Assembly (NCBI GenBank): GCA_951406725.2
Contig: OX597818.1
Span: forward strand, 135,408,001-135,472,000
Length of the DNA stretch: 64,000 nucleotides
DNA from: Octopus vulgaris
Lineage: Eukaryota
Direction: 5' to 3'
The notes under the pieces were generated by a model. The model did not search any database and was not told where the DNA came from. It was given only the letters and a program-made list of their open reading frames with translations. Each line of letters opens with the position of its first letter. Position 1 is the first letter of the stretch. Below are positions 57,707 through 64,000 of the stretch, piece after piece. The translations under genes and the position numbers were made by a program.

Positions 57707-57774
57707 CTGAAATCTTGCCTGAACTGTGCAGAAAGGCTGGTTTCCCCCCAAATACACCATTGATTCTTTATGAG
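57707..57774 (+). CDS. USP7: USP7 exon 23
   Basis: EILPELCRKAGFPPNTPLILYE. Confidence 0.96.
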
Positions 57775-58546
57775 GTATGATTAGATCAGTTCCTTAAATC
57801 TTTCTTCTCTACAGTGATTACTCGTATTTTGTCTTTATTATTACATAATATATTGTTTTGAAATAGCTGTTTTGTTACAAGATTTGAGAAAAGAGTTGTT
57901 GAATTCTTGTTCAGAGTACTGATTGGATTAAGTGATAGATATATGTGCTAGAGAATAATATTATTTACCAAAGTGGATGCCAAATAATTTTGGAACATTG
58001 AGGATTCATCATTTAATGTCCATTTTTCATGCTGACATGGGTTGGACAGTTTGACAAGTGCTGCACCAGATTCCATAGTCTGTTTTAACTTGGTTTCTAC
58101 AGCTGGATGCCTTTCCTAATGCCAACCACTTTACAGAGTGTACTGGCTGCTTTTTACATAGCACCAGTGCTTTTTGGGTCTTAGGGGATGAAATGTGGGT
58201 GGGGAGAGAAGGTTGATGCGGCAGAGCCCCACATGAACAAGCGTTACATAGGTGGTTTTAGGAACTGTAAAATAAAATTTGAACAGCAATTCAGTTTTAA
58301 AAAATACAAAAAAGAACTGCAATTTAATGATATTTCGGCATAGTTTGGTTCACTGTCCCACAGTTTCTAATGTTAAAGAAAATAGTTTGTTTTTAATCAA
58401 TACTATAATGGTTTGTTTATCGAGTGAAATTTCATTTCTAGCAATGCAGACACAGGTATGGATGTGTGTTTAAAGTTTACTGTCCAACCACATAGTTTTG
58501 GGTTCAGCTCTGCTGTATAGCACTTTGGGCGAGTGTCTTCTACTAT

Positions 58547-58930
58547 GGAAACACTCCGTCGGTTACGACGACGAGGGTTCCGGTTGATCCGAATCAACAG
58601 AACAGCCTGCTCGTGAAATTAACGTGTAAGTGGCTGAGCACTCCACAGACACGTGCACCCTTAACGTAGTTCTCGGGGATATTCAGCGTGACACAGAGAG
58701 TGACAAGGCCGGCCCTTTGAAATACAGGTACAACAGAAACAGGAAGTAAGAGTGAGAGAAAGTTGTGGTGAAAGAGTAAGCAGGGATCACCACCATCCCC
58801 TGCCAGAGCCTCGTGGAGCTTTAGGTGTTTTCGCTCAATAAACACTCACAATGTCCAGTCTGGGAATCGAAACCGCGATCCTACGACCGCGAGTCCGCTG
58901 CCCTAACCACTGGGCCATTGCGCCTCCACG
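58547..58930 (-). mobile_element. tRNA-derived SINE family B, full length, nested in an older family A SINE
   Basis: Reverse complement of 61638-62018; TSD ttctactat at 58538-46 and 58933-41. Confidence 0.9.
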
Positions 58931-59380
58931 TTTTCTACTATAACCCTGAACTGACTGAAGTCTTGATTGATGGAAATGGAAAGAAGCCCATTCTCGTGTT
59001 GTGTGTGTGTGTATGTTTACGTTTCCTCGTTTTGACATTGCATGAGTGTCAATTTCATACAAGCAATGTCAAATCTAATATTCTGTGAAATCAATGTCTG
59101 ACTATGAGGAAATATTACCTTGCTTTATGATTTTAATTGTTGAAATATTCATATAAATTTAATTTGGAATATTTTCTAAGTTTTCTAAGCTCTTCATTAC
59201 CAAAAGTTGCTCAAAATTCATGTATTTTGTTGGGGAAGGTCAATTGAATTTTATTTCCTATTTTAAGTGAGATGACTGAGGATTCTTGTGAATTATATAA
59301 AATGTTTCTAGTGTAAAACACATTTGTTCTATAATGTATCTTATGCTGTTTTTTTTTTTTGCTGTCTTGGTTCCATTTAA

Positions 59381-59560
<180 letters not shown>

Positions 59561-59652
59561 TAGGTTTTCTAAATCTTAAATGATTTGTGATTTGAGCAGT
59601 ATCTTTCCACTCTGTGTCTGTTTTTTCAGATATTCGATGAAATGTTATTTAA

Positions 59653-59853
<201 letters not shown>

Positions 59854-60801
59854 TGAGTAAACTGTTAATTCATTGATATCATGGACAACTTCTCAGAGCT
59901 TATTCAATTGGACGTCTGTCTTTTAGAAAACAGATGAAATCAACATGTTAGTCTTAACATTAAAGAGTGTGAGTGTTTTTTTTTTTCTTCTTTTTTTCCA
60001 ACAAAAAACAATCAGATTTAGTATAGTAGGGCTTCGTGTAAATTAACTGTAGCACTATTTCCCCATTATTAAATACATTATTAAAATGTTTTGGATTTAT
60101 TTAGAAAGTCTGTTGATTTAATATCTATGTTTGGCTGCTATTAAGTGTCTTCAAGAATCTGAAGGACTTTAAGGAATTATTGTATTGGATGGATATATAT
60201 ATATATATATATAGTCATTTAATAGGAAAGTGATTTGTATCTTTTGATGAATTTGATGTTGAATTTCTATAAATTGATGCTTTTTTTTAGAATGTAGGCA
60301 GGTGATAATTTCAAGACTGGGTGTTCTTTGTTTTTATGTTCGATTGTGGATGTGGATAGTAATAGCAGCAGTATCTCAGATGTGGGCAATATACTTCATG
60401 TGGATTGCAGCACTGGAGCATTGTTGAAGTTCTCTGAAGAGACAGGAGTTGTAACATCTGGCTATGTTGTAAGAAGAAATAAACACCAAATATCCTTACT
60501 CTGTTCTACTGAGTTCTTATTGTGGATTACTATGATTACTTCATCAAAATATATGTGTGGCTGCTATGATAAACCAACAGTTAGTGAGGCCTAAAATCAC
60601 TAGTAAGTTTTAAGATTGTGTAGGGAGAATGTGGGAATTGTAGATGAGATTGAGATGGCATCTGTTGAAAGATATGTTCATGCAGGCAGGTATCTAGGTT
60701 GAATGTTGAAATACTCATTGAATAAAAAAATTGGGTTTTAACCTTCAGCAATCTAAGGAGACAAAATTACATTACTGAACTTTTGACATTTTAGAAGAAT
60801 T

Positions 60802-61190
60802 TCATCATCGTTTAACGTCCGTTCTCCATGCTAGCATGGGTTGGACGGTTCGACCGGGGATCTGGGAAGCCAGAAGGCTGCACCAGGCTCCGGTCTTATC
60901 TGGCAATGTTTCTACAGCTGGATGCCCTTCCTAACGCCAACCACTCCGTGAGTGTAGTGGGTGCTTTTTACGTGCCACCTGCACTGGTGCCAGGCGAGGC
61001 TGGCAACGGCCACGGTCAGATTGGTGCATTTTACGTGCCACCTGCACGGAAGCCAGTCGAGGTGGCACTGTCTTCGGCCACGATTCGGATGGTGCTTTTT
61101 ACGTGCCACCGACACGGAAGCCAGTCGAGGCTGCGCTGGCATCGGCCAGGTGCCAGTCATAGGATTGGTTCAATTTCGATTCCGACTTCA
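60802..61190 (-). mobile_element. RTE LINE 3'-end fragment
   Basis: Nearly identical to 33575-33888. Confidence 0.88.
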
Positions 61191-61325
61191 CTTGTAAATT
61201 TTTGATTCCTACAGTGAATGGTGTTGCATCCTGGTTATTTAAAGTTTCATTTATTTTGAGTTCAGTTCTCCGGGTGAAATTGCTAGTTTAAGATATTTAT
61301 TTTATATTGAGCTGTTTGTTTCTAA

Positions 61326-61544
<219 letters not shown>

Positions 61545-61637
61545 TAATATTTCTCTCTTAAATATGATCTTAAAGTAACTTTTGTTAGTCTTTTATTCTT
61601 CTGCTAGTTTCAGTTATTAGATAGGTCTAGATGAAAT

Positions 61638-62018
61638 GGAGGCGCAATGGCCCAGTGGTTAGGGCAGCGGACTCGCGGTCATAGGATCGCGGTTTCGATT
61701 CCCAGACCGGGCATTGCGAGTGTTTATTGAGCGAAAACACCTAAAGCTCCACGAGGCTCCGGCAGGGGGTGGTGGTGAACCCTGCTGTACTCTTTCACCA
61801 CAACTTTCTCTCACTCTTACTTCCTGTTTCTGTTGTACCTGTATTTCAAAGGGCCGGCCTTGTCACTCTCTGTGTCACGCTGAATCTCCTTGAGAACTAC
61901 GTTAAGGGTACACGTGTCTGTGGAGTGCTCAGCCACTTGCATGTTAATTCCACGAGCAAGCTGTTCCGTTGATTCGTATCAGCTGGGACCCTCATCGTCG
62001 TAACCGACGGAGTGCTCC
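61638..62018 (+). mobile_element. tRNA-derived SINE family B, full length
   Basis: Head ggaggcgcaatggcccagtggttagggcagcggactcgcgg...ggtttcgattccc (A/B boxes); ataggtctaga repeated at 61621 and 62020. Confidence 0.9.
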
Positions 62019-62289
62019 TATAGGTCTAGACGGAGCACTTCATCGCATACTCACTTGTATTGATGCTAATGCTTTTATTTGGTATTTATATTGACTTGTG
62101 AAGAAAAAGAGTCAATTAGCATGTGAAGGGACACAAGCAAGGTGAACAGGAATGTGTTCGTTTACGACTTTGTGCCATGTCACACCAGCAGGTGTGAATG
62201 CATATACGCATGCACTTTGCTTCCATGTATTTTCACTGACAAGGCATTTGTTTATCCAAGGTTTTGTGAGAAAACATTTGCATAATGTG

Positions 62290-62699
62290 ACAGCAGGAGT
62301 GGCTGTGTGGTAAGTAGTTTGTTTACCAACCACACGGTTCCGGGTTCAGTCCCACTGCGTGGCACCTTGGGCAAAGTGTCTTCTACTATAGCCTCGGGCC
62401 GACCAAATCCTTGTGAATGGATTTGGTAGATGGAAACTGAAAGAAGCCTGTCGTATATATGTATATATATATATATATGTATGTGTGTGTTCGTGTGTCT
62501 GTGTTTGTCCCCCCCAACATTGCTTGACAACCGATGTTGGTATGTTTACGTCCCCGTCACTTAGCGGTTCGGCAAAAGAGACCGATAGAATAAGTACTGG
62601 GCTTACAAAAGAATAAGTCCCGGGGTCGAGTTGCTCGATTAAAGGCTGTGCTCCAGCATGGCCGCAGTCAAATGACTGAAACAAGTAAAAGAGTAAAAG
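62290..62699 (+). mobile_element. tRNA-derived SINE family A
   Basis: Colinear with 24012-24412. Confidence 0.88.
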
Positions 62700-62896
62700 G
62701 GTATACAGTAAGATGAAACCAGAACCATGTGGTTGCAAAATAAATTTAGTCACACAACCATTTCTGTCAGAATTTGAGACAATAGTAGTAGATTGATGAT
62801 TACTTGTAACATAGAAAATTATCCTCATCGTTTTAACATCTACTTTTCCATGCTTGCATGAGTGAGATTTGTTGAGACAGATTCCTACAGCTAGCT

Positions 62897-63184
62897 ATAG
62901 CGGTGAGCTGGTAGAAACGTTAGCATGCCAGACGAAATACTTAGCGGTATTTTGTCTGTCTTTACATTCTGAGTTCAAATTCCCCCAAAATCGACTTTGC
63001 CTTTCATCCTTTCAAGGTCAATAAATTAAGTACCAGTTACCAAAATCGACTTTGCCTTTCATCCTTTCAAGGTCAATAAATTAAGTACCAGTTACGCACT
63101 AGGGTTGATGTAATCGACTTAATCCCTTTGTCTGTCCTTGTTTGTCCCCTCTATGTTTAAGCTCTTGTGGGCAATAAAGAACTA
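62897..63184 (+). mobile_element. tRNA-derived SINE family C (MetaSINE-like core) with an internal 55-bp tandem duplication
   Basis: B box gagttcaaatt; core ctttgcctttcatcctttcaaggtcaataaattaagtacc; TSD agatt(c/t)ctacagctagct. Confidence 0.8.
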
Positions 63185-64000
63185 AGATTTCTACAGCTAG
63201 CTGCCCCTCCTGTTACTACTGACACAGAAAAATTTATTTGATATGTATATATTCCACAATTAATTTATATGTATCATTAAAAACTGTCTTGGCATAGTAT
63301 TTCTAAAGTAAGTTTGGATGACTCAGTCAATGAGGTTTATTCTAAAAAGTAGGTAAGATGCAGGAGAGCAATTGGGTTAAGGTTTATATGTAACCTTTAT
63401 GAAAGTTCTACCTAAGAATACCTTTTCAGAAAGGGAGCCTACCTTTTGATAACTTATGCAATGATACATCACATATATCTTGTTATGGGAGAGTTTTTGG
63501 AAACGGGGAAAGGAACTTAAGATCCATCTGTGATGTTAGCCACGTGAGTTGACATGATTGACAGGAGTTGGGAGCAGGAAGAACCTTGTGAGTTGTCTAC
63601 ACATTCAACCAGGCTCTATTACCTTCAAACTATCAAAATAAAAATGGCATAATTCAAAGCGAACAATACAGATGCTTGGTTCAACTCCTGGTAAGGAGCT
63701 CTGACCAACATCAAGGCAAGTAAGGACATTTACCTTAATTTTCCATGAAATGTGCTCTAAGTCTGGTTTGGTAAATCTGTGAACAACCCCAAGAAGAAAC
63801 AAGAAAATTAGCACCTGATGAAGAAACGCCAGCTATGGGTGGGTGAGGGGTGTTGAAGAAAAGGCTTTATGCAGCCTCTACACAGGTGAAAAAAATCACC
63901 CAATCTGTTTTTAGATGAGGTAGAAGGGGAAAATGCTAGTAATTCAAAAGTGGAAAATGCACCTTAGAGAAATACAAGAAAACTGAAGTCTCCAATCTTT

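Noticed and set aside
61638-61715. tRNA-like sequence (also 58855-58927 and 24012-24080)
   Set aside because: SINE heads: continuous with a repeated body, flanked by TSDs, no proper acceptor stem

Overview
Eukaryotic, AT-rich, microsatellite- and SINE-laden genomic DNA. The repeat content resembles an octopus/coleoid cephalopod genome (inference). Most of the window is the + strand gene for the deubiquitinase USP7/HAUSP. I traced 26 GT-AG exons with consistent phases from 6686 to 61442, encoding the MATH/TRAF domain, a complete catalytic domain with an intact Cys/His/Asp triad, and the first UBL domains. The gene continues beyond the window. There is a likely alternative first exon at 4816-4843, and intron 1 is about 26.6 kb. 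Head-to-head with USP7, only 1.7-3.6 kb away on the - strand, is the first coding exon of HAPSTR1/C16orf72 (TAPR1). From recall, this gene is also USP7's divergent neighbour in human and a functional partner in the HUWE1/USP7 pathway. The introns hold a decayed piggyBac, a decayed mariner, an RTE LINE with an embedded PHD-like finger, CR1 ends, a Helitron-like element, several MITE families, tRNA-derived SINEs, and several inverted-repeat pairs positioned to form pre-mRNA duplexes. No rRNA, tRNA gene or CRISPR array is supported.
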